This document shows, piece after piece, positions 54,667-63,693 of a DNA stretch of 64,000 bases. The stretch comes from a virus. Position 1 is the first letter of the stretch, and every line of letters starts with the position of its first letter. Under the pieces are notes generated by a model. It was not told the origin of the DNA and ran no database searches. It worked only from the letters and a program-made list of their open reading frames with translations. Location of the stretch: IMG/VR virus record IMGVR_UViG_3300045988_143923, one strand, 5' to 3'. The translations under genes were made by a program, and so were the position numbers.

Positions 54667-54861
54667 ATGAATAAGAATCAATATGATAGTGATTTTGTAA
54701 AAAGAAACTACGATAGGGTTTCATTCCAAGTTCCCAAAGGAGGAAAAGATAGACTCAAGAAAGAATGTGACATACGAGGGTTTTCTGGAATTAACGCCCT
54801 TATTACCAACGCTATATTGGAAGCATATGGGATAGATCTCCGCAAGAAAACCGAAAAGTAA
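54667..54861 (+). CDS. ribbon-helix-helix-like DNA-binding protein
   Basis: 64 aa. YDRVSFQVPKGGKDRLKKECDIRGFSGINALITNAILEAY has a beta-strand plus two-helix pattern. Confidence 0.55.
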   Translation: MNKNQYDSDFVKRNYDRVSFQVPKGGKDRLKKECDIRGFSGINALITNAILEAYGIDLRKKTEK

Positions 54862-54864
54862 ACA

Positions 54865-54897
54865 AGCCCCGGAACAACCATGTTCCGGGGCTTTTCC
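54865..54897 (+). terminator. rho-independent terminator
   Basis: AGCCCCGGAACA-ACCA-TGTTCCGGGGCT followed by TTTTCC. Confidence 0.7.
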
Positions 54898-54918
54898 TTG
54901 CTCAAAGGAGGAAATTAT

Positions 54919-55161
54919 ATGTCAGAACAAACGACAGTAGACTACAATGCACTCGCAGCTCTGTGTATTGCTGAAATCGAGAAAGCAAAAGCTACTCCTC
55001 GTAGCAAATATGACAAAATTACTTTAAGTCTACCTAAAGGGAGTAAAGACTATCTTAAAACACAAGCCGCTATTCGTGGCAAAAAAAGTGTAACAGAGTT
55101 AGTAACTGACGCAATCGAAAGTTACTGCGACGTAACATTGAAAAAAACCGACCGAGAATAA
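54919..55161 (+). CDS. ribbon-helix-helix-like protein, paralogue of 54667..54861
   Basis: 80 aa. YDKITLSLPKGSKDYLKTQAAIRGKKSVTELVTDAIESY. RBS AAAGGAGG. Confidence 0.55.
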   Translation: MSEQTTVDYNALAALCIAEIEKAKATPRSKYDKITLSLPKGSKDYLKTQAAIRGKKSVTELVTDAIESYCDVTLKKTDRE

Positions 55162-55177
55162 ACTCGGTCGGTTTTTA
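55141..55177. terminator. bidirectional terminator
   Basis: AAAAAA-ACCGACCGAG-AATAAA-CTCGGTCGGT-TTTTTA, between converging genes. Confidence 0.7.
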
Positions 55178-55654
55178 TTAGCAATCTTTCCATTCAAAAT
55201 CGTAAACAGAGTTCTTTTCGAGATAATCAGGCTTAGGAAGTTCCATGTTAATATGTTTCTCGAAAGTCAAGAGATATTTTTTGATAGAAAAATCTCTCCC
55301 GGTTAAGAATAAATTCGCTTGGCTCCGCAAGAAAAGTTCCGCAGGACCTTTATGCATACGCTCAGCTTGTTTGAGTTTTGCAACTCCTGTGATTGTTTTG
55401 TCGTCGATTTGCTGATAAAAAATAATTTTCTGCAACCGCATGACATCACAATGCAAATCTTTAGACAATTCGACAAGATTGGGATATTTGATTGCTAATT
55501 TGAACACTTTTTCGGTGAAAGCGTCATCGTTTTCTACTTTGCAATTATCAAGAAATAATTGTAAATAATTGCGACTGCTTTCACTTTCACAAGCATTCAA
55601 TTTCTGGTACACAATAAAATCAATCACATTGTCTAAATCCTCTTTAGTATACAT
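55178..55654 (-). CDS. AT-rich hypothetical protein (lone minus-strand gene)
   Basis: 158-aa ORF with low GC. It has an opposite-strand neighbour on each side. Confidence 0.55.
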   Translation of the reverse strand: MYTKEDLDNVIDFIVYQKLNACESESSRNYLQLFLDNCKVENDDAFTEKVFKLAIKYPNLVELSKDLHCDVMRLQKIIFYQQIDDKTITGVAKLKQAERMHKGPAELFLRSQANLFLTGRDFSIKKYLLTFEKHINMELPKPDYLEKNSVYDFEWKDC

Positions 55655-55768
55655 ATTTTCACCTCACTTTCTACCGCAATCATATCATAACAACCTAATA
55701 AACACAAGCACCCAATCCGGGTGCTTTTCTTTTACCCAAAACCGACACATAGAAAGGAAGTTTTCACC

Positions 55769-56080
55769 ATGATTAAAAGCACAATTTCTCTGCTCCTCGC
55801 AACCCTTATGACCGGTAGCGTGTCCGCGCCGGTAGCAAATCCGATTGAAAATAAATCGGAAACCCGCACAATCGCTGGCGAAATCTATTCGGTTTCGTAC
55901 CCGACCGATGACCGTGATTACGCAATCACGACTATCGAAACCGAGGACGGTAACCTCTGGAATGCAGAGGACTACGTTGCCCCGCGCAATGTGAAAGTCG
56001 CGGTCACCTTCGATACGATGGGCACGGAAACGATTCTGGATGATGAAATCGTCCAGATCGTAACCGTCTGGAACGCATAA
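55769..56080 (+). CDS. small secreted protein
   Basis: Start refined to MIKSTISLLLATLMTGSVSAP (signal peptide) after the RBS GAAAGGAAG. Confidence 0.55.
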   Translation: MIKSTISLLLATLMTGSVSAPVANPIENKSETRTIAGEIYSVSYPTDDRDYAITTIETEDGNLWNAEDYVAPRNVKVAVTFDTMGTETILDDEIVQIVTVWNA

Positions 56081-56154
56081 GAAACGCAACCGAAACCGGC
56101 CGGAAACGAAAACAAAACCGACCGGAAACGAAAACAAAAAAGGAGTAAAACAAA

Positions 56155-56478
56155 ATGAAAATCATCAACTGCACACCGCACGCAATCACCTTCCTGCGCG
56201 AGGACAATTCCGTCCTCGCAACCATCGAGCCGAGCGGCTCGATTGCCCGCGCCGCTCAGACCCGCGAAAGGGTTTCCGAAGTAAACGGTATCGTAGTAAA
56301 CCAGTGCAGCTACGGTGCCGTAACCGGTTTGCCCGACCCGCAGCCAGAAACAATTTATCTTGTGTCTGCGCTGACTGCGCAGGCATGCCGCAACCGTTCC
56401 GACGTTTTCATTGTGGACGACGCAGTCCGCAACGAATCCGGTCAGATTATCGGCTGTCGAGCAATCGCTCACATCTGA
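56155..56478 (+). CDS. hypothetical protein
   Basis: 107-aa ORF with the RBS AAAGGAG. Confidence 0.55.
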   Translation: MKIINCTPHAITFLREDNSVLATIEPSGSIARAAQTRERVSEVNGIVVNQCSYGAVTGLPDPQPETIYLVSALTAQACRNRSDVFIVDDAVRNESGQIIGCRAIAHI

Positions 56479-56987
56479 TGATCAGCAATAAAAACGAAAG
56501 AGGGGATGCCTATGATTGCGGAGCACGGGAAAAAGCTTGTGCCCAACAATAGAAAAGGCCGAGCCTTTCAGGTCTTGCAATCTGCACCGCAGGGCGGAGA
56601 ACAAGAAACCGAAAGGTAAGTAATTTGAAAATGATTCCTGCCGGAAGGTTCTCGAGGGTTCATCCTTAAAGCCCTCATCCACGCCGAAAGGCGGTGATAA
56701 TCTGGTTGTCACAAAAGAAAACACCGACAAGCGCAAGCCTGCCGGTGCTGTCATCAACCGCGCTTGATTGCCAGTACGATCAGCGCAAAGCAAAGCACGA
56801 AAACGTTCTGCTCCACAGTGACCCCTCCATTTCATTATAAAAATCTGCGGCTATGTAAGGTGAAACCGCACACATACTTTCAGTATGTAAAGATTTATAT
56901 CACTGGCCGGAGCGGATCAAAGTTGGTGACAACCAGATTATATCACAAAAGAAAACCATTCGCAATAAATCGAAAGGGGTAATACAT

Positions 56988-57188
56988 ATGACAGCTATCG
57001 CAACTACCATGCCGCGCAAGTGGCGTAACGTCTATCTCACTCGCAACGAATGGGACAAACTCCGCCCCGCAATCAAATCTGCCACGATCAGTTACAGCGC
57101 AAGCGGCTGTTTCGAGGGAATCTATCTTGAAGTCTATGTAAACGAAACGGAAGCGAACCAGATTGAAAACGATCTGGAAACGCTCTGA
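56988..57188 (+). CDS. hypothetical protein
   Basis: 66-aa ORF with the RBS AAAGGGG. Confidence 0.45.
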   Translation: MTAIATTMPRKWRNVYLTRNEWDKLRPAIKSATISYSASGCFEGIYLEVYVNETEANQIENDLETL

Positions 57189-57216
57189 AACCGGAGCAAA
57201 ACGGAGGCAAAACGAA

Positions 57217-57492
57217 ATGAAAATCGAAACCTTTCTGGACAGCTATGGTGTCCGCAATATGTGCATTGCTCATGATTACTGCACCTGTATGGACAATGAC
57301 CAGTACAGCAAAATGCTTAACTGGGTGAACGAAACCACCTTCGGAGCAAACGAAATCGAAACGCTCGCAAGATGGATTGCAAACGGCAGCGATTTCACCG
57401 ACAGGGAAACCGAAGACCCTGTCGCAAGCGTAGCCTACTCTATCATGAATGAGGCTATCACATGGATTCCGATCATGAATGTTCCGAAATAA
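57217..57492 (+). CDS. hypothetical protein
   Basis: Start refined to MKIETFLD after the RBS ACGGAGG. About 91 aa. Confidence 0.5.
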   Translation: MKIETFLDSYGVRNMCIAHDYCTCMDNDQYSKMLNWVNETTFGANEIETLARWIANGSDFTDRETEDPVASVAYSIMNEAITWIPIMNVPK

Positions 57493-57500
57493 ATCCATTT

Positions 57501-57748
57501 CGTCAGATCACCCGTGGATGCAAGAAAAAAAGACCGCCTGCGCAAACAGGCGGTCGCAAATCAGCGGCAGAAAATCGCAAGGATAAATCCTGCCACGGTC
57601 AGACACTGGGTTAACAGTGCCATGAAGCAAATCGTAGACTTGCTCAGACCAATCACTCCGTTTCTTTAAGTATTAGGCTTGACGATTTTTCGCAAGCCTA
57701 TGTACAAGATCATTATGTCAACGCCTTGCATCCACGGGTGATCTGACG
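57501..57748. repeat. 24-bp perfect inverted repeats flanking a 200-bp spacer
   Basis: CGTCAGATCACCCGTGGATGCAAG (57501-57524) is the exact reverse complement of 57725-57748. Confidence 0.85.
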
Positions 57749-57850
57749 GAAACATTATATCATAACAAACGGAATAAATCAAATGCCCACAGCACCCGAA
57801 AAGGGTGCATTTTTTATACCCAAAATCGAAAATAAAGGAGTCTGAACCTC

Positions 57851-58057
57851 ATGAAACACTACTTTTCTACCGCAATGTTTGCGGTGCTCGCTATCATGGC
57901 AACCGTAGCAACGGTTGCAACCGGGGAAAATAATTTCCTTGGATCGATTGTGTTCGGAACGTTCGCAATCGGCGATTTCTGGAGCACCACAAAGGCACTC
58001 TGGAAGCGTTACAAAGAGGAAACAAATTACCGTGCCAAACACAGCCGCGCAGCCTGA
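57851..58057 (+). CDS. small membrane protein
   Basis: 68 aa with two hydrophobic helices and the RBS AAAGGAG. Confidence 0.5.
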   Translation: MKHYFSTAMFAVLAIMATVATVATGENNFLGSIVFGTFAIGDFWSTTKALWKRYKEETNYRAKHSRAA

Positions 58058-58071
58058 AAGGAGAATACATA

Positions 58072-58908
58072 ATGAACGACACCAAACGCATCTTAGATGT
58101 TCTGGGGCACGCAATCGAGCTTGCCCGGGACGAACTTGAGAACAGCCCGCAGGAGTATGGACAGCCTGCAGCTCCACAGCGGACTGAAACCACGCTCCAA
58201 CCAGTACCCGAAACCGGGACAAAAAATAATCCGCTTCTGACGAGCAGCAAGATCGAAACATTTTACCACCCAAACTTCGGAACAATCGAAGCCACAAAGA
58301 TTGGTGGTAAGCCGTATTTCAAAGCACTTTCGATTCTCTCTGCGCTGGGTTATAAAAATCCCGCAAGCGTTGCGGAATTATGCCCATTCAAGAAAGTAAT
58401 CCGCGCTCCAAAGTCGAATGGCTCGGTTGATTCTGTGACGTATTTATCACAGTATGACGTCCATTCGCTTATAAATCGCCGCAAAATTGAGCTGCTTTTC
58501 GAGTTTGAGCGATGGATTGACGAGGAAATCGTTCCGACACTTTGCGGCAAGCCATTGCAAAAGAAAATCTATCCGCCGATGAAGCAATTCAAGCATGACG
58601 AATACGGAACCGTTCTTGCAACTCTGGTTGATGGCGAGGTGTACTACAGAACCATCGACATTTGCAAGATTTGCGGATATAACCGCACTGCGGTTGCAAA
58701 CATATCCGACAAATATTACTTTGCAGGGCCTCGTGATATCTGCGGATCTAATTCAACTTTCATCAAAGCGGAGACAGTTTACTCGGTGTTCCGGCGTAAA
58801 AAGCTGGATAAAATTCCAGTCACAAAAAAGATGCTTGACTGGGTAATCTACGACATTTCGGAACAAATGCGTTCCGAATTCACCGACAGCGATTCCACAA
58901 TCGCATAA
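58072..58908 (+). CDS. protein with two Bro-N-like domains
   Basis: 278 aa. FGTIEATKIGGKPYFKALSILSALGY...YDVHSLINRRK...FERWIDEEIVPTL, and a second diverged copy YGTVLATLVDGEVYYRTIDICKICGY. Confidence 0.6.
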   Translation: MNDTKRILDVLGHAIELARDELENSPQEYGQPAAPQRTETTLQPVPETGTKNNPLLTSSKIETFYHPNFGTIEATKIGGKPYFKALSILSALGYKNPASVAELCPFKKVIRAPKSNGSVDSVTYLSQYDVHSLINRRKIELLFEFERWIDEEIVPTLCGKPLQKKIYPPMKQFKHDEYGTVLATLVDGEVYYRTIDICKICGYNRTAVANISDKYYFAGPRDICGSNSTFIKAETVYSVFRRKKLDKIPVTKKMLDWVIYDISEQMRSEFTDSDSTIA

Positions 58909-59027
58909 CTGGAAGAAATTACAACGTCCCAAATCAGGGCGATTTGTATAGTAATTAGTGTAAGGTTCTCGCGGGTTCATCCATAAAGCCCGCAGCCAAC
59001 CTAAATAAGGCAAGGAGGCAATACATA

Positions 59028-59336
59028 ATGAAATATGAACTCACACAGGAACAGTGCCACACGTTCTCTATAAGCGCACTGTTTGACCATTTTGCGGAGG
59101 CAATGGGATACAAGAACGTATCCGCACTCCGCTACGACTGTACCCGCATTCTGGTATCGACCGCAATCCAGAATGAATTCTTTGCGGCTTACAAAGAAAA
59201 CGGTACTCCGGAGGCCGCAGCCAGAATGATATGGTGTTTGGCAGGCCCCAAATCAACCATCGACGATGAGCGGTTCCTTTTCGAACCGCAAGAAGGATTC
59301 ATTATCGAAAACGAAAAGGAGGAAGAATCACTATGA
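59028..59336 (+). CDS. hypothetical protein
   Basis: 102-aa ORF with the RBS AAGGAGG. Confidence 0.5.
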   Translation: MKYELTQEQCHTFSISALFDHFAEAMGYKNVSALRYDCTRILVSTAIQNEFFAAYKENGTPEAAARMIWCLAGPKSTIDDERFLFEPQEGFIIENEKEEESL

Positions 59337-59593
59337 CGATGACAACTATTCTGCGGTACATGAACCGAAATGACCCGAACGGTGAATATGATGATGCAAT
59401 CGCAATCGCCGAGGGCACCGACACCGCAAAGCAGGCAGAAATCGCAAGAGAAGTAATGACGATTCTCGACCGTTGGATGGATGATATTGGCGATGACCCG
59501 CTGTTGTGCAGTCAGCTAATTGACATGTTCGCGTTCTGCAATCGGTACGCAACCGAGCGCGAACGCAAGAATTCGGTTCTCCTGCTGAGATAA
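59333..59593 (+). CDS. hypothetical acidic protein
   Basis: 86-aa ORF with a 4-nt overlap with the upstream gene. Confidence 0.5.
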   Translation: MTMTTILRYMNRNDPNGEYDDAIAIAEGTDTAKQAEIAREVMTILDRWMDDIGDDPLLCSQLIDMFAFCNRYATERERKNSVLLLR

Positions 59594-59675
59594 AACCGTC
59601 ATTTAACAAGGGGAAAAGTCCTTGTTATTGTACCTTGACAATGTTATAATGGCAAGCAAAGAGAGGTGATAAGCG

Positions 59676-60152
59676 TTGTCAATGGCAAAAGCACAATGTC
59701 ACTGTGCGGTCTGTGGGAATGATTTTGAGATAAAAGTCAAGCGCCGCAACAGGGAAGAAGCCACCAGCTTTGAAGAATGGGCAGCGAAAAATATCACAGT
59801 CTGCCGTGGTTGTGAGCAGAAGATTCGGAAACAAGAAAACCATAAACGTGCATTAGAAAACTCCGATGGCCTTCCTGCTCTGGAAGGAACCGAGAAACAA
59901 ATTGCATGGGCTTTCGACATCCGCGGCAAGTTTACTGATTTCTCTTTTCTGGATGATCGCTCATGGGGTTTCTTCATCGAACATTATCTACAAGGCAAGA
60001 CTTCGGCGAAGTGGTGGATTGACCATCGAGAGCCATCCAATGCTCGAGACATGTTCTGTAATCTCATGGCAGGAACGTGGGGCGATGAAGAGCGCGACGA
60101 AATGATGAAGGCTGCAGCCGCTTACGATAGATTGAAAGGTGAGAACAAATGA
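59676..60152 (+). CDS. zinc-ribbon protein
   Basis: 158 aa with CHCAVCG...CRGC. Confidence 0.5.
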   Translation: MSMAKAQCHCAVCGNDFEIKVKRRNREEATSFEEWAAKNITVCRGCEQKIRKQENHKRALENSDGLPALEGTEKQIAWAFDIRGKFTDFSFLDDRSWGFFIEHYLQGKTSAKWWIDHREPSNARDMFCNLMAGTWGDEERDEMMKAAAAYDRLKGENK

Positions 60153-60325
60153 AAACGACCAAGTTCTATGATCCTGAAACCGAGAAGATAATTGACTATC
60201 CTATTACGGATGAAGCCTACGAATACTACAAAGAAAATATCGGAGACCCTTCCGAGATGGGATTTTGGGCAGGGTTATTTGGAAACCTAACAGATTTCTC
60301 CGATTTTCCGCACAAAGACAAGTAA
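60149..60325 (+). CDS. small hypothetical protein
   Basis: 58-aa ORF translated by hand (MKTTKFYDPETEKIIDYPITDEAYEYYKENIGDPSEMGFWAGLFGNLTDFSDFPHKDK). It has a 4-nt ATGA overlap with the previous gene. Confidence 0.45.
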   Translation: MKTTKFYDPETEKIIDYPITDEAYEYYKENIGDPSEMGFWAGLFGNLTDFSDFPHKDK

Positions 60326-60429
60326 ATATCGAATATATGTAAGAGCTTGCAATAACCTGCAAGCTCTTCTTTTTTGCACAAATTGCCGGACAAAATGTTC
60401 GGACGGACGCTTAAAAGGAGCGAATACCT

Positions 60430-60936
60430 ATGGAAAAGAAAGTAATCTGGAGCAATTACAATCTCGATTATGAAGATTGGAAGGATTTCTTCGATGATGA
60501 GTATCCCGATCTGGATGAAGATAAGCGCATCGACCTGATGTACGAATTGAATAACGTATATCTGGACGATGAGCGCATGAACCTTGACATTCCTGTTTCC
60601 GAGGAAATCATCGTGCTCGGTGACCTTGGTCTCTGGGACGGTCGTAAGTCCGGTTACAAAGAAATCCACGGACATTCGATTAAAGATTGCCTGTATACAG
60701 ATACCGACTACGCAACGTGGTATCTCGATGGCCGCGGTGATTTGTGCTGCGAAGCCATTCATCATGACGGAACCAACCATTACCTATATCGAGTATTCAA
60801 GCCGGACGTAAGCGACATTCGAAAGGAAAACTTTCTGGAAAAGGTTCTTCGCGGAACCGTGACCAGAGCAGATATCACTCGTACCACTCAGCGTCTCGGT
60901 GATAAAATCGCCGATGTGTATGGCTGGAAGATTTGA
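60430..60936 (+). CDS. hypothetical acidic protein
   Basis: 168-aa ORF with the RBS AAAGGAG. Confidence 0.55.
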   Translation: MEKKVIWSNYNLDYEDWKDFFDDEYPDLDEDKRIDLMYELNNVYLDDERMNLDIPVSEEIIVLGDLGLWDGRKSGYKEIHGHSIKDCLYTDTDYATWYLDGRGDLCCEAIHHDGTNHYLYRVFKPDVSDIRKENFLEKVLRGTVTRADITRTTQRLGDKIADVYGWKI

Positions 60937-60950
60937 AAGGAGAATTAACC

Positions 60951-61379
60951 ATGGCAAATTACAATTGTGCAATCAGAACGAATTATTTCCGTGTTAAGGA
61001 TGCTGACAAGTTCAAAGCATTCATGTCCGATGTATATGGCTCCGAGGACGAAATCGAAGTATTCGAGGAAACCGATAAGGACGGTGTAACTCGTTATGGT
61101 TTCGGTTGTTACGGAGGCATCAGCGGCGTTTGTTCGATGGACGAAGATTGTGAAGATTCCTCATATGATCTGTTCATCGAGGGCTTGCAGCAGTGCGTTG
61201 CAGACGATGATGCAATCATCCTTCTTGAATCCGGAAACGAAAAGCTCCGTTATCTGGTAGGTTCCGCGGAAGTTATTACCTCCAAAGAACACAGGTATAT
61301 GCGGATTGAAGATTTTGCTATCTCCGAAGCCGCAAAGATGCTCAATAACCCGAAATTTACCACCGAAGTTGCTTATTAA
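60951..61379 (+). CDS. hypothetical acidic protein
   Basis: Start refined to MANYNCAI after the RBS AAAGGAGA. Confidence 0.55.
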   Translation: MANYNCAIRTNYFRVKDADKFKAFMSDVYGSEDEIEVFEETDKDGVTRYGFGCYGGISGVCSMDEDCEDSSYDLFIEGLQQCVADDDAIILLESGNEKLRYLVGSAEVITSKEHRYMRIEDFAISEAAKMLNNPKFTTEVAY

Positions 61380-61392
61380 GGAGGCGTGAATT

Positions 61393-61719
61393 ATGACAGA
61401 CAAGCAGCGCAAAATCTGCGAAGACCTCGGCTGGAAAGTTTATGAAGACGGGGATGATATCGAACTCGAAAAATATTCTTCATTAGGTGAAGATGTTTGT
61501 TTTAGTGTAAGTGCAAACAAATTTCTTAAAGATTTATGTGATTACTACGAGGATTTCGATCCAGAAGAGCACGCAGCAATGTGGTACAATGCGCGACATT
61601 CCATGGTAGGAGTTCCACAGAGCCTTCGTGCTCTTTTGGATGATGCGATTGAAATCGACGGAATGCTCGAAGATTTGTGCATTGAGTTATCCAGACCAGA
61701 AGAGCGAGGAGGAGAGTGA
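61393..61719 (+). CDS. hypothetical acidic protein
   Basis: 108-aa ORF with the RBS AAGGAGG. Confidence 0.55.
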   Translation: MTDKQRKICEDLGWKVYEDGDDIELEKYSSLGEDVCFSVSANKFLKDLCDYYEDFDPEEHAAMWYNARHSMVGVPQSLRALLDDAIEIDGMLEDLCIELSRPEERGGE

Positions 61720-61722
61720 ATC

Positions 61723-62394
61723 ATGAAAACAGAATTTGACGTAAGTTTCGAGAAAAACGGAGTTTGTCAAGCAAGAATTGTTGTTGCCAAGAATAAGGAT
61801 TTCGCCGAGCGGTGGTTCCGTATGATCGAACCAGAGGCGGTCGTACTCGGAATTAGTGAGAACTATGAGTACAAACCCGGGAAGCCGGTTGAAGAGGTCC
61901 CCTACGAGTGGAACGGCATCGTGTTCGATGATGTTTTCGATGATAAATACAGCAGCGAACGAATCCTGTACTTCGATGTTCCGTTGGAATACCTTGGTGA
62001 GGATTACTTCGATGAAAAAGACCGAGCCAAAGCAGTTGGTGCAACCATCAGTATCTCGTTCAATCCAGAATATCCGAATTGGATTGAATCTCGATTTGAA
62101 ATTTCTCCAACCGACGCAGACGGCAGTGACTTCGATTGGCTGCAGTACGACATGGATCGCGACCAGTATGAAGAACTTATGAATCTGGCAGGTGAAACAT
62201 TCGACCGTTGCATCAATGTAGGCTATTCCTATCGTGATGATGATGGGACCACCAGATACGACGAAACACAGTTCGATCTTCCGAATATAAACGGAGGATA
62301 CGATGAGCTCGAACTTCTTAACCTCATCGTAAATTTCTTCAAGGAAAACGAGGACATCAATCTTCCCTCGGTAACCTACATTGAGGAGGCATAA
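61723..62394 (+). CDS. hypothetical strongly acidic protein
   Basis: 223 aa, rich in Asp, Glu and aromatic residues. Confidence 0.55.
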   Translation: MKTEFDVSFEKNGVCQARIVVAKNKDFAERWFRMIEPEAVVLGISENYEYKPGKPVEEVPYEWNGIVFDDVFDDKYSSERILYFDVPLEYLGEDYFDEKDRAKAVGATISISFNPEYPNWIESRFEISPTDADGSDFDWLQYDMDRDQYEELMNLAGETFDRCINVGYSYRDDDGTTRYDETQFDLPNINGGYDELELLNLIVNFFKENEDINLPSVTYIEEA

Positions 62395-62397
62395 CAA

Positions 62398-62730
62398 ATG
62401 GACAACACATTAAAACTCCCTCGTTGGAACATAGAAGAGATGTGCGGCTACAAGCCGTTCACTACCTTCTGGCAGGACTTTAGCATCGCCGACAATTTTG
62501 GTATCGACGCGGTTTGTGATACATATAACCGCGCTTTTCAGGAATGGAAAACCGATTATAAGTACCTGACCGAGCTGGTCATGGTGCTCAACTGGAAGAT
62601 CTGGCAGCACTACGAACACAATGAGCCGCTCGCCAGACTGTATAACACCCTCTGGGAGCGTGCCGCTCAGTATGCACAGGAAAACCTCAAGGGTGACGAA
62701 CTGACCTATTACTTCGTCACAACAGACTAA
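62398..62730 (+). CDS. hypothetical protein
   Basis: 110-aa Trp-rich ORF. Confidence 0.55.
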   Translation: MDNTLKLPRWNIEEMCGYKPFTTFWQDFSIADNFGIDAVCDTYNRAFQEWKTDYKYLTELVMVLNWKIWQHYEHNEPLARLYNTLWERAAQYAQENLKGDELTYYFVTTD

Positions 62731-62770
62731 CACAAAATACGTGTTTCATGGGAAGATTGGAGAAATCGAT

Positions 62771-62974
62771 ATGAAAAAATATTATCCTATTGAGGATGCA
62801 ATAAACAATGTATCAAAGAAATTTCGTTTAAATCTAAAAGACTCAAATGAGATGGATGAGAAAGAATTAGAAGAAGCTGAGATGTTGATAACGGAATATG
62901 TCGAGTTTGTAGAACATCCTGAGTATGTTCAATTGGTTCCTAAAATGAAAAGGACAAACGAACTTATACTTTGA
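62771..62974 (+). CDS. hypothetical protein
   Basis: Start refined to MKKYYPIED. AT-rich. Confidence 0.45.
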   Translation: MKKYYPIEDAINNVSKKFRLNLKDSNEMDEKELEEAEMLITEYVEFVEHPEYVQLVPKMKRTNELIL

Positions 62975-63064
62975 ATCTAAGATTTGAAAGAAAACAAGAA
63001 AAATGACGAATACACCGGTTGGTGGTATGTCCAGTTTGTGTAAAAAGAGAAGGAGATAAAACTT

Positions 63065-63289
63065 ATGCTGAAAACTGATCGTGAACCTGATCTGACCATG
63101 ACGAATGCGTGGCTTGCTCAGATGTATGATGAAGAAATCAAGGATGTCGAGGGAGACATCCTGAACATATCACTCTGGGTAATTGGAAGTGCAGATGATT
63201 CGGAGCGCGAAATGTTCCTTCAGAACGTAGCCGACAAGCAGGCGTATCTCGAAAAGCTAAAGGAGCTCCGCGCTAAAACGAGTATTTGA
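63065..63289 (+). CDS. hypothetical protein
   Basis: 74-aa ORF with the RBS AAGGAGA. Confidence 0.5.
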   Translation: MLKTDREPDLTMTNAWLAQMYDEEIKDVEGDILNISLWVIGSADDSEREMFLQNVADKQAYLEKLKELRAKTSI

Positions 63290-63300
63290 GGTGAAGATAC

Positions 63301-63672
63301 ATGACGTTAGATGAATATTTTGAAAAGCACTACGGAGATTTTGAATGCGAGTGTGAGTGGTATGTAGACCCAACTCCAAAATCGTGGAAATTCTATGTCC
63401 CGAGCCTCCACGTTGACATTGTATTATCTGAAAACGATGGAGAAGTAACCGAATTGAAAGTTTCTAAGCTCCCCAGTGACAGAGCTTTTAGGGATGTAGT
63501 TGTAGAAGAACTCTGGGACAATCTAACTGATGTCCCCTTTGACCCCGAAACGGAAGAGCTCGACGAGCCTTATTACATCTGGCCCAAAGGAACCGACAAG
63601 GAAGATATCTGGCATTGGTTCGACGAGCATCACAGCAAAGGCGTCGCATATCTTCTGGGGTTTGCAGACTAA
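63301..63672 (+). CDS. hypothetical protein with C-terminal IWHWFDEHHSKGVAYLL motif
   Basis: 123-aa ORF. Confidence 0.55.
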   Translation: MTLDEYFEKHYGDFECECEWYVDPTPKSWKFYVPSLHVDIVLSENDGEVTELKVSKLPSDRAFRDVVVEELWDNLTDVPFDPETEELDEPYYIWPKGTDKEDIWHWFDEHHSKGVAYLLGFAD

Positions 63673-63693
63673 ATAGTTGAGAGGTGAAATATT

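Noticed and set aside
61687-62397. 236-aa minus-strand ORF
   Set aside because: It is antisense to the RBS-preceded acidic ORF 61723..62394 in a uniformly plus-strand array, and no translation signals are present.
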